64,000 nt of DNA from an uncultured Acidobacteriota bacterium (GTDB lineage Bacteria; Acidobacteriota; UBA6911; CAINFC01): positions 12,405 through 76,404 of the forward strand of contig CAINFC010000322.1 of assembly GCA_903847975.1 (NCBI GenBank). The letters run 5' to 3'. A program made the position numbers and the translations under genes. The notes beneath the pieces are model-generated. The model saw only the letters and a program-made list of their open reading frames with translations. It searched no databases and was not told where the DNA came from. This document shows, piece by piece, positions 47,358 to 60,057 of the stretch. Position 1 is the first letter of the stretch. Each line of letters opens with the position of its first letter.

Positions 47358-49237
47358 TCATGGCCGCTGCCGGTTTAGCCAGAGGTGCGACCGCGGCGGC
47401 AGGCGAACCGTACCGGTTTCTTTCTCAAAAAGGATCCCCTCGCCGGGATCGGAGGCCGGAGCCAGGCCGGCAGCGCCGGGCCCGGAAAGGCGCAGGGAGG
47501 CCGGGGCGCGGTTATAGTTGCACAGAAAAAGAGAAGCATTCCCCAGCGGCTGCATGGTTACCCGCGCGGGGCCCTCCATGTCGATTCCCAGTTTCTGATG
47601 GAAGATCCGGCGCACCGTGTTGGACCAGGCTTCGGGGATTTCCAGCAGGCCCAGCTCCCGCGGGCAGAGCAGGACTTCGCCAACGGCGTCGAAATCCTCC
47701 TGGGAAAAAGTCTTTCCGTTCAGAACGTAGAATTTTGTCCCCTGGCTTTCATGTTCCAGCAAAAAGGGAATTTCTTTTTCTCCGGCGCGGGCCACCAGCA
47801 GCGCCTTGGCCGGTCCGGGCTGGATTTCCATGGCTAAATCCAATCCGTGGGGTACCTCCACCGCCTGGCGGCCGAGGTAAACCCGGGTGGCGCGCACCGG
47901 TGCCGGGCGGGCGGGCAGCCGAACGCCGGCCCAGGATGCGATCTGGGGCCCTTTTTCCGCCTGCGCCAGGAATCCCGTGGTCAGGATGACGATGGCGCGG
48001 CTGCGGACTGCGGACTGCAGCCGCTCGAAAACATTCCGATCGGCGGCGGCCTGGGTGGGAAGAAAAATAACGTTCTCCTTTTCGGGAAACCGGGCGGTCG
48101 GAATCAGGGGGATGCCGAGCATGCCCAGGTAATCCATCAGGTAAAGGTCGCTGCCGGCATCGCTGTGCGGCGGCTTGTAGGAAGGAATTCCGCGCACCGG
48201 ATCCTTGCGGACCGCAGCCGCCAGCCGTTTCAGCTCCGGCGTCGACCGCGTCAGAAGGGCGCCTCCCGGGTGTCGGCCCAGCACGTCCCCGTAGTGGAAG
48301 ATCACGATTTCCTCCGCTCCTCCCAGGACGGTCTGATAGGCCTGTTCCACGAAATCGATCCCTTCGCAGTCCCCATGATCGAACCAGGCACTGGTCAGCT
48401 TGTCGCCGGCCAGCGACCGCATCCAGCGGAAGCCGACGAAACCTTCGTAGGGCTGGACGAACCCGTAACGCTGGGTATACTGCCCGCGGGTTTCGGTCCC
48501 GACCCACACCTGGTCGAACCGGGCCGGTTTGCGGACCACATCGTACCCGAACAGGTGAAAGCGATCGTACCACTGGGGGTATTTGATGATGACCCTGATT
48601 CCCGGGTGGGCCTCCTTGGCCGGGCGGATCAGAACCTGCTGGGCCACTTCCGACAGAAGGTCCATGCGATACTGGGACCAGCTGCGATCCTGGCGGGCGG
48701 CCTGGGATTCGGGGCTGGTGTCTCCGCTGCACAGGAAGTCGTCGATCACGTACTCGTCGAACAGCGGCGCGGTGCTGCGCATGACCTTTTCCAGGTCCTG
48801 GCGGGTTTTGGGATTCTGCCAGTTCAGCCAGTCCAGTTTTTCGTTCTGCCGCACCCCGAAGTCTTTCCCGGGCACTGTAGCGATACCGCCCATGACCCGG
48901 AATCCCTGAGCCTGAAAAAAGTCGCGGGCCTGCCGGAGTTTTTCCACCGGGACCACCAGGCCGCTGCGGTACGATTCCAGGATCACCCGGTCCACGCCCA
49001 GCTCGCGCAGCCGGTCCACGGCCTGTTGTCGCCCTTCCTGGTCCGCGGGAAGCGCATTTACGGAATGGGCGGTAATGTAAATGCTGAAGCGCAGATCGGC
49101 GGCGCGGGTCTGGAAAATCATCAGCAAAAGAAGGCAGGCGCACAGCGGCCGGACCACGGGCTGCACCAGGCCCGGGGCATGCCGTCCGTTGCTCCGCGAC
49201 CGGCTGGTTTCGGGGGGGGTGGAGAATAGTGTCTGGA

Positions 49238-49241
<4 letters not shown>
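47358..49241 (-). CDS. Secreted hypothetical protein, probable TIM-barrel glycoside hydrolase-like domain plus C-terminal domains
   Basis: Probable TTG start overlapping the upstream stop (TTGA) with AGGAG RBS; signal-like [15 protein letters not shown]; IDDF, IKYPQWY, VGTETR, WFDH barrel-like motifs. Confidence 0.6.
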
Positions 49242-53041
<3,800 letters not shown>

Positions 53042-53062
53042 AAGCGCTCGTTTTTATCTCCA

Positions 53063-54997
53063 TCATTTCCCCAGAGCACGCTCGATGTCCAGCAGCATGG
53101 TAACTCCGGCCGAAAGCTTGGCGATTCCCAGGATATAATCGGTGTTGACCGAGGAGCCGAAATCCGGGGTGTCCTCCACCTGCTCGCCGGTGACATCACA
53201 GACTTCCAGCACCGCATCGACAATTACCCCGATCTGGATCGAGCCGCTGAGGCCGGCGATTTCCGTAACGATGATGCAGGTCCGGTCGTCATATGCGGTG
53301 GGCGGAAGTCCGAATTTCAGGCGCAGGTCGACAATGGGAATCACCTTGTTCCGGAGGTTGATGATTCCCTTCATGTAGGCGGGCATCTTGGCCAGCGGGG
53401 TAATGGTCATCATCTGGATGATCTCGCGCACATCCATGATGGAAACCCCATACCTCTCCGTTGCCAGGCGGAATACCAGGTATTTTCCCTCCCGGCTTGC
53501 CAGCACACTGGCCAAACCTTCGGAGGGCTTGGCGGCGGCCGTTGTGATCGTGCCCTCGGATTCTTTCGTGGTACGGACTTCCGGGGCGGTAGGCAGCATT
53601 TCGCGGACGTCCATCCCTTTTTTCCGGAATGCGGCATCGGCAAACCGCAGGTCGACAAATTTCTCCAGGTCGATGATGGCCCCGATATCCATTTTGGCGG
53701 TCATGTATCGCTGGATCCGGTCCAGATCTTCCAAAGTCGGATACAGGTTTCCGGTGCGGATGCCCTTCGGGTCGGTCAGCACCTGGTGGATCAGGTTGGA
53801 GGTCAGCCCGAGCTTTTTCTGCGGATCGAGGAAGGAAACCGCGATTTCCGAGGAAGGCAGCGGGTTGTCCATGATAAACCGGCCGGCGTCGATGAGCTGT
53901 TCCGTAAATTCATGAACCGTATCGGTATTCCGGTCAATGAATTCCTTGCGGAATACGAACACGCAGCAGGGGTGGTTATCCCAGATCTCGCTGCTGAGGA
54001 TCTGCCGTTCGGCAATGCCGGAAGCCACGGCCCGAATCCCGATCGGTTCAGCCACCATGAATCCGCAGATATTGGCGTTTTCAGCCATGAATTCCGGCAT
54101 ATGAATGGGGGCCACGACGTCGAAGAGGACATTGACCGCTTCCTTGCCGGAAACGCCCGGGCGAAGGCCCATTTCCGTGAAGTACTTATGGGCCAGCATG
54201 TTGTGAATCGACATTTTGTAGGGGATCAGGAAGGCCTTGTGCTTGAAGAACTGCGGGTAAGGCTTGCGGTATTCGGTGGACCGTGTGCGGACCATGGTGC
54301 TACCGTTGCGGTGGGTAAAAAGAGTCAGCCGGATGGGCACACCATAGTTGAAGAGGTCCATGGCGGCAGGAGCCAGAATGCAGGCGGCATCGACATCCTT
54401 TTTTTCCAGAGCGTCCTGGACCATGTTCCAGTTGGGCAGGCACTGGGTTTCCAGGCTGTAGGTGTGCGATCGGACCTGGCCGGTCTCCAGGTGGTGTTTC
54501 AGGACGCCCAGGGCCAGATGGTCCGTGATCTGGATATGGGCCACCCGGAGGATCGGGCGACCGTCTGCGGTGGTGGTTGCCAGCGCTTTGGCGGGCTGAG
54601 CGGGCTCGGTCCGGATTCCCAGTATTTCGTCGATTCGGCGCTTGAGCTCGTCGGGCAGGAAAGGCTTGGCAACCACCGCGGAGGCCCCGGCGTCCATGGC
54701 CTCCTTGATGTGCTGCTTGTCGCCCTGTCCGGTGGCCATCAGGAAAGGCATCTGCCGATAGTCAGGGTTCTTTCGGAGCCACTGCAGCAGCTCCATCCCA
54801 TCCTTGCGTGGCATGGCCCAGTCGCTGATAACCAGGCGGATATCCTCGTGCGCGGCCAGCTTTTCCAGGGCATCTTCCCCATCCTGGGCCTCCACGACGA
54901 CCGGGTATCCGATCTGGGCCAGAATTTTGATTTCCATGCGGCGCATGGTCGGTGCGTCTTCGACCAGGAGAATTTTGACGGTGGGAGATGGATTCAT
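53063..54997 (-). CDS. Fusion protein: CheY-like REC + NrtA/CmpA/NasS-type solute-binding domain + CheW
   Basis: ATG 54997; KILLVED...ISDWAMP...ATG...AKPF; ITDH, NW, ILAP, HRNGS, SIHN, VAEP, HPCC; YLVFRLATERYG...KGIINLRNKVIPIVDLR...GVIVDAV. Confidence 0.9.
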   Translation of the reverse strand: MNPSPTVKILLVEDAPTMRRMEIKILAQIGYPVVVEAQDGEDALEKLAAHEDIRLVISDWAMPRKDGMELLQWLRKNPDYRQMPFLMATGQGDKQHIKEAMDAGASAVVAKPFLPDELKRRIDEILGIRTEPAQPAKALATTTADGRPILRVAHIQITDHLALGVLKHHLETGQVRSHTYSLETQCLPNWNMVQDALEKKDVDAACILAPAAMDLFNYGVPIRLTLFTHRNGSTMVRTRSTEYRKPYPQFFKHKAFLIPYKMSIHNMLAHKYFTEMGLRPGVSGKEAVNVLFDVVAPIHMPEFMAENANICGFMVAEPIGIRAVASGIAERQILSSEIWDNHPCCVFVFRKEFIDRNTDTVHEFTEQLIDAGRFIMDNPLPSSEIAVSFLDPQKKLGLTSNLIHQVLTDPKGIRTGNLYPTLEDLDRIQRYMTAKMDIGAIIDLEKFVDLRFADAAFRKKGMDVREMLPTAPEVRTTKESEGTITTAAAKPSEGLASVLASREGKYLVFRLATERYGVSIMDVREIIQMMTITPLAKMPAYMKGIINLRNKVIPIVDLRLKFGLPPTAYDDRTCIIVTEIAGLSGSIQIGVIVDAVLEVCDVTGEQVEDTPDFGSSVNTDYILGIAKLSAGVTMLLDIERALGK

Positions 54998-55100
54998 ATT
55001 CCGCGCTCTGCTTCCTGAAAAAAGAAATTGTATGGTTAAATAAAAAAGACGTTCCCAGAAAAAGGTCTGCGATATATAAGTATACAATCTTTGAGCGCAT

Positions 55101-55832
55101 ATGCCAGACCATCGTCAACATCGCGGAGTCCACCCGGAGGACCGCTCCCTTTGGAGTCCGAACCGGCTGCCGTTTTTACAGTCGGCGGTGCAGGATATGT
55201 CGTGGCTTTTAGGCCATGGGTATGCTTCCAAGTCCGTCCTGAAGCTGGTGGGGGATCGTTACAACCTCCATGCCCGGCAGAGGGAAGCGGTTTCCCGCTG
55301 CTCCTGCTCGGAGCAGCGGCGTCAGGCCAGAGGGAGCAGGCAGCTGAGCAGCGAGGCGGTCCGCGGCAGACCGCTGCTGCTGGATGCCTTTAACGTGATT
55401 ACGACCGTGGAAGTGGCTTTGTCGGGAGGCGTGCTCCTGGCCGGCAGGGACGGCTGCCTGCGGGATGTGGCCGGGGTCCACGGCACCTACCGGGAGGTGG
55501 AGGAGACGGTACCGGCGATTTTGCTTCTGGGCGGCTTTTTACAGGAATTGCAGCCATCGGGGTGCTGCTGGCTGCTGGACCAGCCGGTTTCCAACAGCGG
55601 CAAGCTGCGCGGAATCGTGCTGCATCTAAGCCGGCAGCAGGGGTGGGGACACACTGCCGAGCTTTCCCCCGATCCCGACAAGGTCCTGATTCGCGGATCC
55701 GAAGTGGTGGTCAGCTCGGACAGCGCCGTGCTGGACGCCTGCGGCCCCTGGTTCAATCTGGTCCGGGCGGTGGTGAAGGCCCATGTGCCGGATGCCTGGA
55801 TTATTCCTCTCGGCTCCTGCGGCGCGGGGTAG
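55101..55832 (+). CDS. DUF434 domain protein
   Basis: LL.HGY.....LKLVGDRYNL..RQR; LLDAFNVITTVE; DGCLRD; LDQPVSNSGKL; SSDSAVLD. Confidence 0.88.
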   Translation: MPDHRQHRGVHPEDRSLWSPNRLPFLQSAVQDMSWLLGHGYASKSVLKLVGDRYNLHARQREAVSRCSCSEQRRQARGSRQLSSEAVRGRPLLLDAFNVITTVEVALSGGVLLAGRDGCLRDVAGVHGTYREVEETVPAILLLGGFLQELQPSGCCWLLDQPVSNSGKLRGIVLHLSRQQGWGHTAELSPDPDKVLIRGSEVVVSSDSAVLDACGPWFNLVRAVVKAHVPDAWIIPLGSCGAG

Positions 55833-55836
55833 CCGC

Positions 55837-55967
55837 TTTTCTCTTCCTGATCTTCCTGTCTTCTTGTGAAAAAATCGGAATCACAGGAAGATAAGGAAGA
55901 AAGGAAAGCCGGGAAGAAAAACGAAAGAGCCTGCCGCAAGGAGACGGGGACTTTTTGCGAACCAATC
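55837..55967 (-). mobile_element. Miniature inverted-repeat element, family A, copy 4 (one end truncated)
   Basis: Right end GACTTTTTGCGAACCAATC; core TTCCTGATCTTCCTGTCTTCTTGTGAA...TCACAGGAAGATAAGGAAG. Confidence 0.65.
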
Positions 55968-56005
55968 CGGTTGAATGACCGGCAAAAAGCCATGGAGGCT
56001 GTTTC

Positions 56006-56935
56006 TCAAAGTCCGAAGCGGTGAAGGACCGGCTCGCTCCCGGCAGAAGCTTCGCGGGCTGCCAGGATGCGGATGCGAGGGTGCCGGCGGTGAAAGGCGG
56101 CGATTTCCTCCGGGGGCATTACCATGAACGCAGTGGAAAGGGCATCCATCATGGCTGCATTTCCGGGCAGCAGGGCGTCCGTGGCCTGCATCTCCTCTTC
56201 CGGTCCGGGTGCAGGTGTTTCCCTGTCGGCCCAGACCCACACGGCTCTTTTTCCCTGCAACGGGTTTCCTGTCCTGGGGTTGATGATATGCCCGCCTTTT
56301 TCCAGCCCGGAACCGCTGAATACGATGTGGCTGGCCTCCATGCGAAGGAGCTCCCTGGGTGGGTCGGCCGGCCAGGAGAGCCGCAATCCCCAGCCTTGCT
56401 CCTTCTCCGGCGGATCGAGAGCCAGAACCGAACTTTGCCCGCCATGAACCAGGAACCGGCGGATCTCCCAGTCCAGAAATTCTTCGGCCAGGCAATCGAT
56501 TGCATATCCCTTGCCGATGGCTCCAAAATCCAGGCGCAGTCCGGGCGCCAGAATTTCGGCGGCCATATTTTCCGGATCCAGAAGGATCGACTCCATGCCG
56601 CTTCCCAGGGTGACGTCAAAAGCGCCCCCGGTTTCCAGGTAGGCCCGGTTGGCCAGCTGCAGGCATTCCACGGTGGATTCTCCCAGAATCACCCGCTCAC
56701 CCACTTCTGCCTGGCAAAGGCGGGAGACGTCGCTGTTTTCCACGAAGCGGCTCAACTCCTGCTCGAGGCCGTCCAGCCGTCGAAAAGCCCTTTTGGCGGC
56801 CTGCCGGGCGTACTCCCGGTCCGGCAGGGAGATGAACACCTGGAACAGGGTGTTCATGGCCCCGTGGGTGAAGCAGTGGGCCGGCGGCCTTTCCGCGGTT
56901 GCTTCTTCCGGCGTGGGGTCGTCCTCGTTCCCCAT
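56006..56935 (-). CDS. apbE: FAD:protein FMN transferase (ApbE family), divergent, no signal peptide
   Basis: HGAMNTLF, SDVSRL, GAFDVT, LDFGAIGKGYAID, GGQSSV, GHIINPRTG, DALSTAFMV; ATG 56935. Confidence 0.9.
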   Translation of the reverse strand: MGNEDDPTPEEATAERPPAHCFTHGAMNTLFQVFISLPDREYARQAAKRAFRRLDGLEQELSRFVENSDVSRLCQAEVGERVILGESTVECLQLANRAYLETGGAFDVTLGSGMESILLDPENMAAEILAPGLRLDFGAIGKGYAIDCLAEEFLDWEIRRFLVHGGQSSVLALDPPEKEQGWGLRLSWPADPPRELLRMEASHIVFSGSGLEKGGHIINPRTGNPLQGKRAVWVWADRETPAPGPEEEMQATDALLPGNAAMMDALSTAFMVMPPEEIAAFHRRHPRIRILAAREASAGSEPVLHRFGL

Positions 56936-56945
56936 GGCGTTGCGG

Positions 56946-58547
56946 TCAGGGTTTCCTTTCACCCTGTTCCTCCGCCTCGCGCCGGAGATAATCTTCCCAG
57001 AGGGACCGGGCCACGTAGCCCCGGACCTCCACCTGCGGCCGGAGCTCGGTGTAGCTTTCCAGCATGCGCATGTAAAGCTCCCGCTCGCCGGGAGGGGGAA
57101 TCTCGTACAGCTTATGCACCACACCCGCCTCCATGTCCGGCGTGGCCAGAATCAGCGGGGCGTTGGCGGCCTGGTCCGAAAATCCGGTCCACCAGCGCGC
57201 TTTGGGAAAACGCCGCAGATACCAGGGGAGCGGCCAGAGGTTTTCCCGGCTGTAGACCTGTACCGGCATGCCGATACCATCCGGATGGGCTTTGGCGATG
57301 GCCTCGACTCGGCGGACGATGCTGAAAACTCCCGGACCGGTATGGGCGTAGACGAAAGGATTGCGGGGATCGGCATCCATCGGAAAGCAGGCGCGCCAGG
57401 ATTGCCAGCCAAGATGCCCGGCTCCGAGGAGAAACAGCCAGATCACTGCTCCCCGGTACCAGGAAGCCGGGAAGAGGCGGTAAAGCCGGATGGTCCCGAC
57501 ACCGGCCAGCAGGATCCACCCCAGCCAGAACTGAATCAGGCACCAGGGGGTTTTGTAGGCGATTGCGGCATAAAGGGCTGTCAGAAAAATCGTGTAAAGG
57601 CCCAGGAATCGGAGCAGCGTCCGGTCCAGGTCCACCCGCGGATGGCGGCTGAGGCTCTCCCATAATCCCAGGCAGCCGAAAAGAAAAATAAAGCCCTCTG
57701 TCCACACCGGTCCACCGGGCTCCCGGAAAAACAGAATGGTCTGCAGGTAATAGTACCAGGGGTGGGTATGGAGGGCCGCGTCGTGGATCCGCACCAGATA
57801 AAGGAAATAGGCACGAACCGAGTCGATGACCCCCGGCCAGTGGGAAAAGAAGGAGCTGTAGAAAACAACGGAGCTCAGCAGGGCGGCGAGCAGGAAGGCG
57901 ACCAGGTGCCGGCTTCGCCAAAAGGGGGCGGGATGTGCCGGGGACGGGTCCGCTGCCGGTCTACGGACGCATATGACCAGCGAGGCGGCTGCGGCGGCCA
58001 GGGACAGGCAAAAGGTCTCCTTGGTGGCATGCGAAAGGCCGAGCGCCAGGCCCGACAGAAGCAGCCAGCCGGGACGCGCGGAGCGGAAAAACCGGTAGCC
58101 GCAGGCCAGGAAGGCGCAACTGAAAAAAAGCAGCAGCATTTCCTGGATATAGTATCGGCTGTAATAAGCCATGACCGGGGAAACAGCCAGCAGGCAGGAG
58201 GCGGCGGCTACAGAGGGAAGCCCCAATCCGGACTTCCACAGCAGGAGGAGGGGGACCAGCAGCAGGCCGAACAGGGCCGGCACGGACCGCAGGAGTGCTT
58301 CACTCAGGTCGGTGTAGCGGTGAACTCCGCGGATCCAGGCGGGAAGGAGGGTGAAATAATTCAGGGTGGGTCCGTGGTACTCGCTGGGATCGTACCGGTA
58401 CCCGCCCCCCTCGAGGAGCGTCCCCAGCTTGTCAGCGTGCACCGCTTCGTCGCAGTGCATGGGCCGCCGCTCCAGCCCGGGAAGACGGAGCAGGGCGGCC
58501 CATGCCGTGGACAGCAGAATCAGCAGCCAGAAAGCGAGGTTTTTCAT
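56946..58547 (-). CDS. TIGR03663 / Agl23-like GT-C membrane glycosyltransferase
   Basis: RPMHCDEAVH, YRYDPSEYHGPTL.Y, YYSRYYIQE, ATKET, HPWYYY, YKTPW, WPLPWYLR. Confidence 0.85.
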   Translation of the reverse strand: MKNLAFWLLILLSTAWAALLRLPGLERRPMHCDEAVHADKLGTLLEGGGYRYDPSEYHGPTLNYFTLLPAWIRGVHRYTDLSEALLRSVPALFGLLLVPLLLLWKSGLGLPSVAAASCLLAVSPVMAYYSRYYIQEMLLLFFSCAFLACGYRFFRSARPGWLLLSGLALGLSHATKETFCLSLAAAAASLVICVRRPAADPSPAHPAPFWRSRHLVAFLLAALLSSVVFYSSFFSHWPGVIDSVRAYFLYLVRIHDAALHTHPWYYYLQTILFFREPGGPVWTEGFIFLFGCLGLWESLSRHPRVDLDRTLLRFLGLYTIFLTALYAAIAYKTPWCLIQFWLGWILLAGVGTIRLYRLFPASWYRGAVIWLFLLGAGHLGWQSWRACFPMDADPRNPFVYAHTGPGVFSIVRRVEAIAKAHPDGIGMPVQVYSRENLWPLPWYLRRFPKARWWTGFSDQAANAPLILATPDMEAGVVHKLYEIPPPGERELYMRMLESYTELRPQVEVRGYVARSLWEDYLRREAEEQGERKP

Positions 58548-59257
58548 TTGGCCGGCCGGCCAAACACCTCGACTTCCACCATATGGTTCAGCTCATTGGC
58601 GTTATTGCCGTTGCTGTAAAGGCGCACGTAGCGGGCTTTGGCCCCCTTGGCATCGATCAGCTTTCCTTCGGAGGTTTCCACGTAATTCATCTGCTTGCCG
58701 GCGCCCAGGCCGGAGGTGTTGTCATGGTCGTTGTTGAAAATCGTGCGGACGTTGCTGGTGAAGTCGCGGTCATCGGCCAGCTGCACGACAACATCGAAAT
58801 AAACCCGTGGGGTTTTGTGGAAATGCCAGACAACCACGGCAAAAATCTCGTGAGCGGCGCCGAGGTCCACGGTTTCGTTCTGCAGGCCCGGCCCGAATTC
58901 CACGAAGCTGCCGTCTCCGGCCGATTTGTCGCCGTCGGTGAGCATCTCAATTTCCCCGATGGTGGGTTCCTTATCGCTGGCAGCGACCTTTTTTCCCTTG
59001 GAGATCAGGACAACGCCGGCCGGGGCCAGGAAGGGTTCCCTCGGCTTTCCGAGAGGTTTTTCCAGGTTGGGTACCTTGAGGTTCTGGGGCGTTCCTTCGA
59101 ACATCGGCTTGGGCAGCTCCAGCGGAATGGGAACCAGCTTCTCCTGGGCCTGCACCGGGGTCACGGTCATCGATACCCCGAGAAAAAGAAGGGCAAACAG
59201 GCAGGAGCTCAGAACGGCGCCGCTGCCGGCCCAAATCCAGATACGGTTGGTTTTCAT
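58544..59257 (-). CDS. Secreted discoidin / F5-8 type C (galactose-binding-like) domain protein
   Basis: ATG 59257; signal peptide; LTDGDK, VDLG...I..VVVWH, ARYVRLYSNGN, NHMVEVEVFG. Confidence 0.8.
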   Translation of the reverse strand: MKTNRIWIWAGSGAVLSSCLFALLFLGVSMTVTPVQAQEKLVPIPLELPKPMFEGTPQNLKVPNLEKPLGKPREPFLAPAGVVLISKGKKVAASDKEPTIGEIEMLTDGDKSAGDGSFVEFGPGLQNETVDLGAAHEIFAVVVWHFHKTPRVYFDVVVQLADDRDFTSNVRTIFNNDHDNTSGLGAGKQMNYVETSEGKLIDAKGAKARYVRLYSNGNNANELNHMVEVEVFGRPAK

Positions 59258-59385
59258 AGAATTCCTTCTCCTTATGGAATGAAATGGAAATGGATACCTG
59301 ACTTTTAGAATCTCACAGAAAACGGATGGTTGCAAGATAGCGGAAGAAAATCTGAGGCTTGGGCATGCTCCCTGGATGCGGGAAT

Positions 59386-60006
59386 TTACTGCGCCGGTTC
59401 CCGGGCTACCATGGACAAATAAACGAAGATGATTCCCGAAAGGAAAACGCCGAGCGTTGTGTAGCGATGCCAGAATAATAGCGAGTCCTGGCGTTCCGGC
59501 GTCAGCAGCGGGAACAGGGAGATGATGACCGAAACCGCTGCCGGTATGGACAGGGCGACCATGATCCAGAAAAAAATCTTCCGCAGGAGGACGGCATAGC
59601 TGTTGCGCGGGCCCATCTTGGAGGAGAAAGGATAGCGCAGTCTTCTCCAGTCGGCTTCCTGAAAGCGGTTCCGGTGTGCCCAGAGCAGCACGGTGAATAC
59701 CAGGGAGGCGATGTAAACCGGAGCTGCCGTCGCATGGGTCATCAGATCGAAGCCCGTCAGGTGATGTTCCGCCGAGCTGGTTCCGGTATAGGCCGAATAG
59801 GCCAGAACCCCCATGGCTCCGAAGGTGACCGTGTAGGTACCCAGCCGGAAAGGGATCATCAGCAGTGGGGCTCTCGGCTTCCGGCTCCCGGCCATCTTTC
59901 CCTTCTGCAGAAAGAACCGTACCGTCCGGAAGATGCAATGAGCGGCGAGGATTACCAGAACCAGGGTCAGCCAGTTGGCCACGGTAGCGCGAAATATGTT
60001 CTCCAT
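59386..60006 (-). CDS. Membrane cytochrome b-like protein (DUF4405 / Ni-hydrogenase cytochrome b-like)
   Basis: Five hydrophobic helices with His at helix positions typical of heme b ligands (LMTHATAAP, LFWHRYTT, also AHC and WAH). Confidence 0.65.
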   Translation of the reverse strand: MENIFRATVANWLTLVLVILAAHCIFRTVRFFLQKGKMAGSRKPRAPLLMIPFRLGTYTVTFGAMGVLAYSAYTGTSSAEHHLTGFDLMTHATAAPVYIASLVFTVLLWAHRNRFQEADWRRLRYPFSSKMGPRNSYAVLLRKIFFWIMVALSIPAAVSVIISLFPLLTPERQDSLLFWHRYTTLGVFLSGIIFVYLSMVAREPAQ

Positions 60007-60057
60007 CGTTATCTCACTTTGTTTTTCATCCCTAATGATCCGTGCCGGGTCGGGCGG

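Noticed and set aside
55101-55832. DUF434 gene as part of either neighbouring system
   Set aside because: Opposite strand to both, with its own AT-rich upstream region and a repeat element downstream; no evidence of linkage
59258-59938. Long N-terminal extension of the discoidin-like ORF
   Set aside because: Overlaps the cytochrome b-like gene; ATG 59257 has an RBS and a signal peptide
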